A DNA stretch of 64,000 nucleotides from Ignavibacteria bacterium GWF2_33_9 (GCA_001804565.1 MHAC01000069.1:824-64823), one strand, 5' to 3'. Shown: positions 1 to 9,258, numbered from the stretch's first letter. The notes: generated from the letters alone by a model not told the origin. Translations and numbers: made by a program.

Positions 1-3000
1 ATTTGAAATTCATAGTACTTAGCTTTTTCTTCAAATTCTTGCTTGCTGTTAATAATATTACTTTTCCAATCCCAAATTTCATAATCGCCTAATGCTGTTT
101 TAATTAAAACATCTATGATAATTTTAATAAAATCACCTTCAAAAGGCATATATAATTCTACTTCGTGCTCTGCATTCAATAATGATGGTAAATTTTCCTG
201 AATAAATTTACTTTCTGTTACTGATAAAATTTCTGATTTGATTTCCTCAAATATATTTTTACTCAGATTAATCTGCATATTTTCTAGTTCATTGAATAAA
301 ACTTCATTCAATACATCAACTTCTATCTGAAAATCATTGTTAATCCAATCAGAGATATTTTGCATGGCAAAATGTATGATTGTTCCTCTATCAACCGGGG
401 AAATTTCAAAATTTGAAGTAAAATTATCTTCCTGTAAACTGTTTGGAAATTGTAAAATATATTTCTGTGCATAATCTTTTTGATGGTGCAAAAAACTTTG
501 AATTTTGGTTGCAGAATTCTGAAAAACAGGAAATGAGTTTTCAATTTCTTCCAGCAATAATTTAGAAATTTTGTAACTTTTGTGAGTAAAGCTATTTGAA
601 GTAACATCTTTCACTTCAGTTATAAAAGGAATTGAATAAGAAAATGCTAATTCTTTTTCTTCATTCTTATGATTAATACTAACTACAGTTTCTTTAGAAA
701 AATACTTGTTCTTAACTAAATTGTAAAATTCTTTTTCATTTAAATTCATTCCCTGTAAAATAATTTTCAACATTCCACTGACATTGGAAATTGTCGATTC
801 AGCGACTTTCTCTTTTCCTCTTTTATCCACTTTGTTGATTTCAGATAAAGAGGAGGTCATGATTAATAAATCTTTTGCCCTTGTTGCTGCAACGTATAAT
901 ACTCTCTTTTCCTCTTCCTCACCTTTTTCATTCTCAATTTGTTTAGCAATTTCTAAAGTTGGCAAATTGATTTCAAATGGGCCACTGTCCTTACTCAGGT
1001 AATTGAACTTATATTGTACCCCGAAATTATCATCAAAATATATTCCATCAGAAGTATTCCCCTTGCTATTAAGATTATACAGAATCACAACAGGAAATTC
1101 TAATCCTTTGGATTTATGAATTGTTAATAAATTCACGGCATCTTTTGCTAGTTCAATTTCATCGTCAATATCAGCAGGATGTTCATAAGATTTTTCAATT
1201 TCAGTAAGTAAATCCTTATAGCTAGTAATTCCTCTCTGAACAATTCTTTGAATAAATTTTAAAAATTTATTGATGTTTGATTGAATTGTAATTTTCGAAG
1301 GATGATTAACAAATGTTTGCATGAAATTTGTTCTCTCAATAATTTCAGCTAACAATACATTTACAGGTATATTAACATAATTTTTCTTATAGTAATTTAT
1401 AATTTCAAATGCTCTTCGATATTTATATGTGTTATTTTCAATTAAATATTTTTCAAATGTTTCCCAAAGAGATATATTTTTATTTGAATTTCGAATTTTA
1501 AAGATTTCCTCATCCGAAAAACCAAAGAAATTTGATTTAAGAATTGATGCTAACCATAAATCATTATTATCATTGAAAAACTTGATGAATGAAATTATAT
1601 CAATAACTTCCTGTGTTTCAAAGAAATTTTTTGAATCATTTAAGAAATATGGTATATTATAATAATCAAGATTTCTCATTAATTTGTCGACAATATTTCT
1701 TTTCCTGACAAGAATACCTATATCAGACATAACGATGCGTTTTTTCTCACCAGTTTTGAAATCCATAATGTAATTTTCTTCATGAACCAAATAGTTTATG
1801 TATTTTGCCGTTAAGGCTGCTTCGTCATCATTATCAGATTGTTGTTCTTCTAAACCGTCATTCCCATTATTATATTCTTCATTGTTATTCGCCGGTTCCA
1901 GATTAATTAAAAATTGTACATTACCAAATTTCCAGGAATCTTCTTTTATTTCAGGTAATAGAGTGTTTGTCTGAATTTCATTCAGAAATGGATTCTTTCT
2001 TGAAAAAATAAAGGGATTGTAACCTATTGAATATTCAAAGTTGCTCTTTTTTAATAAATTACTAAATATTGAATTTACAAATACAGTATTTATTAGATTT
2101 AATCTATGACTGATTGTAAGTTCAATTTTTCCAAAATTTTCTGTATCTGATAAAGTTAAATCAATTGGTTGTTTATTCTTTAAATTTAAAGTAACATTTT
2201 GTCTAATTTCTTTATTATTAAATAAATGTTTATTCCTTTCAATAATATCAGTTTCTGCTTTATTCATTACCCTCACATCAGCCTTTCTGAATCCATATAT
2301 GCTCTGCTTTGGATCACCAACAATGAAAAGATTAATAGTATTTGAAAAAATGTTTGATATATTTTTATTCCCAGAAATTAATCTATTTATTATCTCATAT
2401 TGAATTCCGTCGGTATCCTGAAATTCATCAATGAGAAAGTAAGTGTATTTACTACTTATTTTCTCAGCTATATCTTCATTCTGAAGGATATAGTATACTT
2501 TATTCAACATATCATCATAAGTGATATATGAATTTTCATACTTGTAAATCTCCAACCTTTCTTCATACGCAAGATAAAATGACCAAATAAACTGATTTAA
2601 TTCAAATAAATTATCAATGTAGATTGACTCTTCCATAGATTTAAGAATCTTTTGGAAATTCTCATAAATTTTTGGCTGATATAATTGATTTTTAATTTTA
2701 AGATTACCTTTAATTTTTGCTGTATCAATCTTATCCCAAATAGCCTTTAATTCGTCAATAAAATTAATAAAGCTTAAATTGTAAATTTCGTCAAAACCAT
2801 CTTTGAATCTATTTTCAAGAGCATGAATATCCGAAGAATCGGGATTTATTTCATAAAAATCCGGAAACTTCTTTGTAATTTCAGAAACTAATTCATTAAA
2901 CATTTTAATCAATTGCAACTGAATTTGTTGATTCATTTTTTCTTCAAAATCTAATGAATCTGCATTTTCAATATTTTCTTTAAAATAATTTCGGATTGTA

Positions 3001-3563
3001 ATATTTGTGAAAATTAAATTTATAATTTTACGAAATTTTTCCTGAGATACAGAATTAAAAAATCTTTTTGCTTTATGTCTAGCTAGATTTTCATTAACAA
3101 GAAAATCTTCAAGAGTATCGTTGAAAAATCGAATTTTCATTTCTTCTAACAAATTTTCATCAACAAGATTGAAATTAGGACTTACTTTTGCTTCTACAGC
3201 ATATTCCTTTAGAATTTCCTGACAAAAGCTATGAATTGTTTGAATTTTTGCAGAAGACATCATTTCCCGATATTCCATTAAATCTTTATATTCCTTGAAA
3301 AATGTTTCTTTGGAATAATTATCATGTTTCAAATCATCAATGGCATTATTAATGCTGCTTATAACTCTTTCACGCATTTCAGCAGCAGCTTTTTTGGTAA
3401 ATGTAATTGCAACAATTTTGTCAATTTCAGAGGGATGCAATTTGTAGATTATTTCCAGATATTTTTCGACCAAAATAGTAGTTTTTCCAGAACCTGCATT
3501 AGCAATTACTATTTGGTGTCTATCATTAACAAGTGTTGATAATTGTTCTTTTGTAAATTCCAT
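1..3563 (-). CDS. AddA-like UvrD/PcrA-family helicase with C-terminal RecB-type PD-(D/E)XK nuclease (3' end runs off the window)
   Basis: Absent from the ORF track because no stop lies inside the window. Manual translation from ATG 3563..3561 gives MEFTKEQLSTLVNDRHQIVIANAGSGKTTILVEKY...FTKKAAAEMRERV...QTIHSFC. In the same frame I see LIDEFQDTDG (~2415-2440), TIHKSKGLEFPVV (~1085-1125) and, at the window edge, IIDVLIKTALGDYEIWDWKSN...YYEFQ (nuclease motif). The frame was confirmed at four separate points, not codon by codon. Confidence 0.8.
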   Translation of the reverse strand, partial: MEFTKEQLSTLVNDRHQIVIANAGSGKTTILVEKYLEIIYKLHPSEIDKIVAITFTKKAAAEMRERVISSINNAIDDLKHDNYSKETFFKEYKDLMEYREMMSSAKIQTIHSFCQEILKEYAVEAKVSPNFNLVDENLLEEMKIRFFNDTLEDFLVNENLARHKAKRFFNSVSQEKFRKIINLIFTNITIRNYFKENIENADSLDFEEKMNQQIQLQLIKMFNELVSEITKKFPDFYEINPDSSDIHALENRFKDGFDEIYNLSFINFIDELKAIWDKIDTAKIKGNLKIKNQLYQPKIYENFQKILKSMEESIYIDNLFELNQFIWSFYLAYEERLEIYKYENSYITYDDMLNKVYYILQNEDIAEKISSKYTYFLIDEFQDTDGIQYEIINRLISGNKNISNIFSNTINLFIVGDPKQSIYGFRKADVRVMNKAETDIIERNKHLFNNKEIRQNVTLNLKNKQPIDLTLSDTENFGKIELTISHRLNLINTVFVNSIFSNLLKKSNFEYSIGYNPFIFSRKNPFLNEIQTNTLLPEIKEDSWKFGNVQFLINLEPANNNEEYNNGNDGLEEQQSDNDDEAALTAKYINYLVHEENYIMDFKTGEKKRIVMSDIGILVRKRNIVDKLMRNLDYYNIPYFLNDSKNFFETQEVIDIISFIKFFNDNNDLWLASILKSNFFGFSDEEIFKIRNSNKNISLWETFEKYLIENNTYKYRRAFEIINYYKKNYVNIPVNVLLAEIIERTNFMQTFVNHPSKITIQSNINKFLKFIQRIVQRGITSYKDLLTEIEKSYEHPADIDDEIELAKDAVNLLTIHKSKGLEFPVVILYNLNSKGNTSDGIYFDDNFGVQYKFNYLSKDSGPFEINLPTLEIAKQIENEKGEEEEKRVLYVAATRAKDLLIMTSSLSEINKVDKRGKEKVAESTISNVSGMLKIILQGMNLNEKEFYNLVKNKYFSKETVVSINHKNEEKELAFSYSIPFITEVKDVTSNSFTHKSYKISKLLLEEIENSFPVFQNSATKIQSFLHHQKDYAQKYILQFPNSLQEDNFTSNFEISPVDRGTIIHFAMQNISDWINNDFQIEVDVLNEVLFNELENMQINLSKNIFEEIKSEILSVTESKFIQENLPSLLNAEHEVELYMPFEGDFIKIIIDVLIKTALGDYEIWDWKSNIINSKQEFEEKAKYYEFQ

Positions 3564-3603
3564 AAACTAAATTAAATTCATTTAGAAAATCATACAAATT
3601 AAG

Positions 3604-3611
3604 CAAAAATA
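3604..3611 (-). promoter_or_regulatory. Candidate -7 promoter box TATTTTTG (TAnnTTTG class) for the AddA-like gene
   Basis: Plus-strand caaaaata equals minus-strand TATTTTTG. It lies 40 nt upstream of ATG 3563 and downstream of the 3645-3680 terminator. The same octamer sits upstream of five other transcription units in this window. Confidence 0.4.
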
Positions 3612-3644
3612 TTTGAATTTATAGGGTAAAAATTGAGAATTGTC

Positions 3645-3680
3645 AAAAAAAATATAGGGTTGTCTCACGACAGCCCTATA
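3645..3680 (-). terminator. Intrinsic terminator on the minus strand with no annotated gene upstream of it
   Basis: 12-bp stem tatagggttgtc / gacagccctata (one G.U pair) with loop tcac. On the minus strand it is followed immediately by U8 (plus-strand A8 at 3645-3652). Confidence 0.55.
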
Positions 3681-3901
3681 CAAGACTTGTTATGGCAAAT
3701 AGTAAACTATTTGTCCAAAAAAAGTTCTCTACCGAATATAAAGACGTTTTTTCTTCACTAAAGGTTACAATTCCATAAAAAATTACAAATTCCTTATTCA
3801 TTCACTATAAGGATAAATATTGAATTTGAAATTAAAATCCATTTTTTATCTTACACAACGACGATATCTATTCAGCAACTTTTTATAAAGATTATGTTAA
3901 C

Positions 3902-3918
3902 TTGTTACAATGTAACAA
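3902..3918. promoter_or_regulatory. Perfect 17-bp palindrome TTGTTACA-A-TGTAACAA, candidate operator
   Basis: Read directly from the sequence. It is embedded in four tandem degenerate octamers (ATGTTAAC TTGTTACA ATGTAACA ATGTATCA, 3894-3925), about 110 bp upstream of the S8 protease start. Confidence 0.3.
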
Positions 3919-4028
3919 TGTATCAAGTTCGCAAATTCCTTTATGTAAATTGTTAATTATTAGTAGTTTTTTTTTAGTTCCTTAAAATAATAATATTAAT
4001 AATCGTACTTATAATTATATAACCAAAT

Positions 4029-5201
4029 ATGAGGTTACTCATGAAATATAAATTCAAATTACTATCAGCACTTTTTGCTGTTTCTCTAATTCTCTTTTCT
4101 TGCTCACAGAATAACACTTCCCCTGTATCTACAGAGGATTTTTCTAATTCTTATATTGTTGTTTTCAATCAATCAGGTAATCAGATTCAAAGCAACAATT
4201 CAGATGCAAGAATTATCGAGCTTTTTGCAAAACACAATATTCAAATGAGTGAACTAAAATTTACTTATTATAACGTATTGAATGGTTTTGCTGCAAATTT
4301 AACAAAAGACCAAGTTAAATCTTTGGAAAAAGACAAATCAATAAACTACGTAGAAAAAGACCAAGTTATTACCCTTGGTGATGAAGTAGACATTTACAAA
4401 AGGGTTGTTACTCCTCCTACTCCTCCTTCCGGTACCAACTGGGGTGTATCTTATGTAGGAGGACCTCTAGCAAATACTGATGCAGGTGTTGCTTGGATTG
4501 TTGATACTGGTATTGATTATACCCATGAAGGTTTGAATGTTAATACTTCTTTAAGTGCAACTTTTGTAACACGTACAAAAAGTGCAAATGATGATAATGG
4601 CCATGGAACACATTGTGCAGGTATTGTTGGATATGAAAACACAAGTGATAATATAATCGGTGTTTGCCCGGGAGTTACAGTAATTGCTGTGAAAGTACTT
4701 AACAAACTAGGTTCCGGCACATATTCTCAAATAATTGCCGGGATTGATTACGTTGCCGGTAATTTAGTTACAGGTAAATTAAATGCTGTAAATATGAGCT
4801 TTGGTGGTGGCATTTCAGAATCCCTTGATGCTGCTGTATATTCATTAGCAAGTAATTCAAATGTAGCTGTATGTATTGCTGCCGGGAACTCCACTGCGAA
4901 TGCTAATAATTATTCACCTGCAAGAGTTAATGGAAATCGTATTTATACAATTTCAGCACATGATTCTAATGGTGCTTTTGCATATTTCTCAAATTTTGGA
5001 AATCCACCAATTGATTTTTCAGCTCCCGGTGTTTCCATTTATTCTTGCTATAAAAACGGAGGCTATGCCACAATGTCCGGTACTTCAATGGCTACACCTC
5101 ATTGTGTTGGTATCTTATTAGCGACAGGTGGTACAATAAACTATGTTGGTTTTGTAACAGCCGATAAAGATTCAACACCTGATAAAAAAGCTCACTTGTA
5201 A
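4029..5201 (+). CDS. Subtilisin-like serine protease (peptidase S8) with N-terminal I9 inhibitor/propeptide; lipoprotein
   Basis: Catalytic triad motifs are WIVDTGID (Asp), HGTHCAG (His) and SGTSMATPH (Ser). The propeptide-like region reads YIVVF...NGFAANLTKDQVKSLEKD...VEKDQV. Lipobox is LFSC. The true start may be ATG 4041 (MKYKFKLL). Confidence 0.9.
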   Translation: MRLLMKYKFKLLSALFAVSLILFSCSQNNTSPVSTEDFSNSYIVVFNQSGNQIQSNNSDARIIELFAKHNIQMSELKFTYYNVLNGFAANLTKDQVKSLEKDKSINYVEKDQVITLGDEVDIYKRVVTPPTPPSGTNWGVSYVGGPLANTDAGVAWIVDTGIDYTHEGLNVNTSLSATFVTRTKSANDDNGHGTHCAGIVGYENTSDNIIGVCPGVTVIAVKVLNKLGSGTYSQIIAGIDYVAGNLVTGKLNAVNMSFGGGISESLDAAVYSLASNSNVAVCIAAGNSTANANNYSPARVNGNRIYTISAHDSNGAFAYFSNFGNPPIDFSAPGVSIYSCYKNGGYATMSGTSMATPHCVGILLATGGTINYVGFVTADKDSTPDKKAHL

Positions 5202-5220
5202 AAGAGAACATTTGAATACA

Positions 5221-5251
5221 AAAAAACCGCTTATTAAAGCGGTTTTTTTTT
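5221..5251 (+). terminator. Rho-independent terminator after the S8 protease gene
   Basis: Stem aaccgctt / aagcggtt with loop atta, followed by a T9 run. Confidence 0.7.
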
Positions 5252-5389
5252 GTTTTACCTCCATTTTCTCGGTTTTAATGCTTGTGATTTGTAAATACAA
5301 ATTTTTTTTTGCACACTTTGTACTTTTTTGCTAAAATTTTTGTTTAGTATATATGAACAAATTCAATTAATAAATTTTGGAGTTATTTT

Positions 5390-5842
5390 ATGAAGTTATT
5401 TATTCTAATTTTAATCTTTTTATATTCAAATTCTTTGTATGCTCAAACCAGCAGCATGTACGTGAAAATGAAGAATAGCCAAGTTTTCACAATTAATTTG
5501 GGAGAAATGCAAAAAATCACTTTTGAAGGGATTGGTGCCTTCAACGAAAAGCTATTTAAAACAAATGATTTGAAAATTTTAGGAAATTACCCAAATCCTT
5601 TCACTGAAAAAACCGATATCATTTTTGAATTGAATACCATCAGTCAAGTAAAAATCAACATTTACAATTCTTCAGGAAAACAAATACAATCTCTTAGCTA
5701 CAGTGATTGCAAACTTGGTGAAAACGTGATTCAATGGGATTGTAAGGATCAAAATAATGAAAAGGTGGCCGTAGGAATATATTTTTACGAAATCCAAACA
5801 AAAAATGAATTTCAGTCAAAAAAAATGATATTAGTAAAGTAG
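5390..5842 (+). CDS. Small secreted protein with T9SS C-terminal sorting domain
   Basis: Signal peptide ends LYA|QTSS. The C-terminal ~85 aa (GNYPNPFTEKTDIIFELN...GIYFYEIQTKNEFQSKKMILVK) match the Por secretion tail pattern. A GGAG Shine-Dalgarno lies upstream. Confidence 0.75.
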   Translation: MKLFILILIFLYSNSLYAQTSSMYVKMKNSQVFTINLGEMQKITFEGIGAFNEKLFKTNDLKILGNYPNPFTEKTDIIFELNTISQVKINIYNSSGKQIQSLSYSDCKLGENVIQWDCKDQNNEKVAVGIYFYEIQTKNEFQSKKMILVK

Positions 5843-5850
5843 GTGCCAAT

Positions 5851-8800
5851 ATGAAAAACATTTTTTACATTATTATATTTTGTTTTCTTTTAAGTAATAA
5901 ATCCTATTCTGAAATTACGCTTCACATACATTCATTCAATGGAAGCGTACAAGACTTTAATGTTTCAGACATTTCTGATATCACCTTTTCTAACGAAAAA
6001 GTATCTTCCTTTTTAATTTTATACAACAAAGTTGATAGTCTGAATTTTTATATTGATTTACAGTACATAAAGTCTATAGCATTTGAATCTTCAAATTTAC
6101 TAATAAATAGTACTGACACAACTCTTTCATTCCAAATAAATCAAATTGACAGTATAGTTGTACTTCCCAAAAAAGAGAAACTTATAACTGTAAATATTTA
6201 TGATCATTTAGAATGCTTGAAAAATCTGAAAATTAACTCTTATGTTGATTTTTTAAAACCATTCAATTCTCAGGGAAAAGCAAATATATATATCAAATCA
6301 GAAAATATACCCCAGTTAGTTTTTGTCACAGATAATTCAGGAAATCTCATAGCGATGAGTTTGATAAAATCTACAGAAACTTCAGTGACAATTGATGTTC
6401 TAAGTACAGTCACTGCTTTGGTATACGAAAATGCTAAATTAATGGGGATGAATGATGAAAAAAGTTCTAGTATGGTAGTTGATTATATTATGAGTTTGAA
6501 TGAAGTTCATTATATAGCTTCATTTCTTGAAGATGATTTCATTAATTGTAAATCATTTATCAATTCTATTGAAAAATTAACGCCAATTCTAAGATTAGCA
6601 TACCTTAAAACTTATGAATATGCCACCGGAGAAACTCTAGGGAAAATTGAACAAATTGCAAAGAATAATAACAAAATTGCTATTCAAAATGAAACTATTG
6701 ATGTTTACCCTGCTTATTCCCCGTCTCTAAATGTTTCAACTGAAAAAGATGACTCCGGAAATTATTGGATGAATGTTTCAAATAAACTCCGAAGACATGT
6801 CAGCATAAGGGAATCAGGTGTTTCTAATCAAAAATATGAATTGGCTCCCACAAAAAATATTACAGGATTTCAGTTAAGCAATACCTTTGATAATCAATTT
6901 CAGACTGAATTATCCATAAAAAGAGAGATTCCTTCAGAACCGCTTCATACAATCGGTATTTCAACAAACAGACCCGGGAATGAGAAATACTTCGAATTAT
7001 ATGAAGATCCTATCCGTTTTGAAGCGATTTCAAGAACTTTGACAAGTTTATGGTTAGCAACAGAAAATGATCTCTTAACAGGTTTAATCCCCTATAAATT
7101 GAATGATTATCATTGGAAGAGTTTTTTCAAAATAATAAGTAAAGAAATTGCACTTTATATACAATCGAAAGAAATTCTGACAGTGCTTAATGACGGACTT
7201 ATGGATACTGTCTTTACAATGCTTTGCCAGAAGATGGAAAGTGATAATTATTTCTGGAAAAAAGTATTTCATCAAGCAAGAATATATGTTCCTTTGGATG
7301 TAATTCAGAATATCATCCTTGCTTCAAAAGTATCTCACACAGAAAATGAATTAGGATTTTTATCAGAAGAATTTTCATTCTCTGATGAATACATTAAATT
7401 TACAATTGATAATCCGAATCTGGATGTAGAACCACCTAAAGCAGAGTTTTCACCTTATGATTACAGGAAAATAAATGCTAACGCAAATATTCTTATTCCA
7501 TTGAATATAACTGATAATACTCAATTAAAAAAAGTATTAGTATATATTGATGATAATTTTAATTATCCAATAGCAATTTCAGATATAAATGGAACAATGG
7601 AAAAATATACCTCAAACTGGAGTACTTCAGGATTGATTGGTTTGCACTTTATAAATGCTGCAACATATGATGCTAATGAAAATCATGCAAATAACTATAA
7701 GATCGCATTAATTTCCGGGAATCCTGATAATAGTTATCTACCTGATTTGAAAATATTATCACCTGAAATAAATGAAATTGACAGTTTAATTAATGCTTCA
7801 ATAATTGTACAAGCTGAATCAGAGAATAATATTTCCAAAATTGATTTTTACTTAAACGGTGAAAAAATTCAATCAAAAGAATTTTTCATACTTAACAAAT
7901 TAGTAAAAGATACACTAATCTTCAATTCAACCGGTTACATGAAGGATTCCGTTTCAATAAAAATTATTGCTTATGATTGGAACTTTAAAAAAGTTGAAGT
8001 TAATCAGAAATTCAAAGTAATAAATCAATTTTCTAAAACTCCTCCTGTTATACTATGGCAAAAATGTTTTGGAGGTACAAATGATGAATTGTTAAGTTCG
8101 ATTATTCAAACTCATGATGGAGGATACATCATGGCTGGTTCTACTAATTCTAATGATGTGCAAGTATCGGGAAATAACGGAAAATATGATTTTTGGATTG
8201 TAAAAACTGATGCCGAAGGAAAGTTAAAATGGCAAAAATGTGTTGGTGGAAGTAGAGATGATTTTGCAACTTCAATTATAGAAACTAAAGATGGAGACTT
8301 CATAGTTGCCGGTTATACCGAATCATTCGACAAAGATATCCCTAAAAATCATGGTGCTATAGATGTTATGGTTGTGAAAATTGCGCCAAACGGAACTGTA
8401 TTATGGGTAAATACTCTTGGGGGTACATTCATTGATGAAGCACACTCTATAATACAAACAAGTGATGGGGGATTTATTCTTGTTGGTGAAACAAAATCAA
8501 ACGACCAGGATGTTACAGATAATCGGGGTAATTCAGATTTCTGGGTTGTAAAATTAACAGAAGCAGGAAATATTCAATGGCAAAGATGTTTTGGCGGTAG
8601 TCGAGACGACATAGCCTATAGTGTGATTGAAACTAGTTATGGAGGTTATGTTGTTGCAGGTGAAACACAATCGATTGATGGTGATATTTCAGAAAATCAT
8701 GGAAGTATTGATGCCTGGATTATCAGTTTGGATTACGATGGAACACCACTCGGAGAAAAAAGTATTGGAGGTTCAGAAACTGATAAAATATTTAAAATTG

Positions 8801-9258
8801 AGGAAACTGCTGATGGAGATTTTTTAATTGCGGGAGAATCACAATCTAGTGATGGAGACATTAAGGCAAATTATGGTGAATCTGACTTCTTCTTCGCAAG
8901 ATTAAAATATGATGCATCAATTAAATATGGATATGAATTTGGAGGAATTTATTCAGATTATTGTTACGGAATGGAACAATTAAAGTATTCTAATTATTTA
9001 CTTGCCGGATCAACTGGTTCAAACGAATTTGACGTATCAGGAAATCATGGTAAAAGTGATGTTTGGATTATTAAAATAATGAATGATGGAACAAAACTCT
9101 GGCAAAAATGCTTAGGAGGTACTGGAAATGATGTTCTATTCTCAATTGATAATACAAAAGACGCATGCTTAATCCTAGGTGGTCAAACTGATTCCAATAA
9201 TGGAGATGTGTCTGGAGGTAAAGGAAATAAAGATTATTGGTTAATTAAAATAAAATAG
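5851..9258 (+). CDS. Large secreted protein: unknown N-terminal region, two Ig-like segments, C-terminal seven-repeat beta-propeller-like domain
   Basis: 1135-aa ORF with a signal peptide (SYS|EIT). It has seven tandem ~57-aa repeats at the C-terminus and no T9SS tail. Confidence 0.8.
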   Translation: MKNIFYIIIFCFLLSNKSYSEITLHIHSFNGSVQDFNVSDISDITFSNEKVSSFLILYNKVDSLNFYIDLQYIKSIAFESSNLLINSTDTTLSFQINQIDSIVVLPKKEKLITVNIYDHLECLKNLKINSYVDFLKPFNSQGKANIYIKSENIPQLVFVTDNSGNLIAMSLIKSTETSVTIDVLSTVTALVYENAKLMGMNDEKSSSMVVDYIMSLNEVHYIASFLEDDFINCKSFINSIEKLTPILRLAYLKTYEYATGETLGKIEQIAKNNNKIAIQNETIDVYPAYSPSLNVSTEKDDSGNYWMNVSNKLRRHVSIRESGVSNQKYELAPTKNITGFQLSNTFDNQFQTELSIKREIPSEPLHTIGISTNRPGNEKYFELYEDPIRFEAISRTLTSLWLATENDLLTGLIPYKLNDYHWKSFFKIISKEIALYIQSKEILTVLNDGLMDTVFTMLCQKMESDNYFWKKVFHQARIYVPLDVIQNIILASKVSHTENELGFLSEEFSFSDEYIKFTIDNPNLDVEPPKAEFSPYDYRKINANANILIPLNITDNTQLKKVLVYIDDNFNYPIAISDINGTMEKYTSNWSTSGLIGLHFINAATYDANENHANNYKIALISGNPDNSYLPDLKILSPEINEIDSLINASIIVQAESENNISKIDFYLNGEKIQSKEFFILNKLVKDTLIFNSTGYMKDSVSIKIIAYDWNFKKVEVNQKFKVINQFSKTPPVILWQKCFGGTNDELLSSIIQTHDGGYIMAGSTNSNDVQVSGNNGKYDFWIVKTDAEGKLKWQKCVGGSRDDFATSIIETKDGDFIVAGYTESFDKDIPKNHGAIDVMVVKIAPNGTVLWVNTLGGTFIDEAHSIIQTSDGGFILVGETKSNDQDVTDNRGNSDFWVVKLTEAGNIQWQRCFGGSRDDIAYSVIETSYGGYVVAGETQSIDGDISENHGSIDAWIISLDYDGTPLGEKSIGGSETDKIFKIEETADGDFLIAGESQSSDGDIKANYGESDFFFARLKYDASIKYGYEFGGIYSDYCYGMEQLKYSNYLLAGSTGSNEFDVSGNHGKSDVWIIKIMNDGTKLWQKCLGGTGNDVLFSIDNTKDACLILGGQTDSNNGDVSGGKGNKDYWLIKIK
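8055..9255 (+). repeat. Seven tandem ~57-aa protein repeats (SBBP-like beta-propeller blades)
   Basis: Each unit fits W(Q)KC(F/V)GG..D....I.T.DGG(Y/F)I.AG.T.S.D.D....G..D.W(I/V)VK....G. Examples: WQKCFGGTNDELLSSIIQTHDGGYIMAGSTNSNDVQVSGNNGKYDFWIVKTDAEGKLK and WQRCFGGSRDDIAYSVIETSYGGYVVAGETQSIDGDISENHGSIDAWIISLDYDGTPL. Confidence 0.75.

Noticed and set aside
323-3539. Small track ORFs (323-607, 784-1002, 1429-1662, 3324-3539) are the only calls in the first 3.5 kb.
   Set aside because: They are in other frames of the edge-truncated AddA-like helicase gene. That gene was omitted from the track only because its stop lies outside the window.
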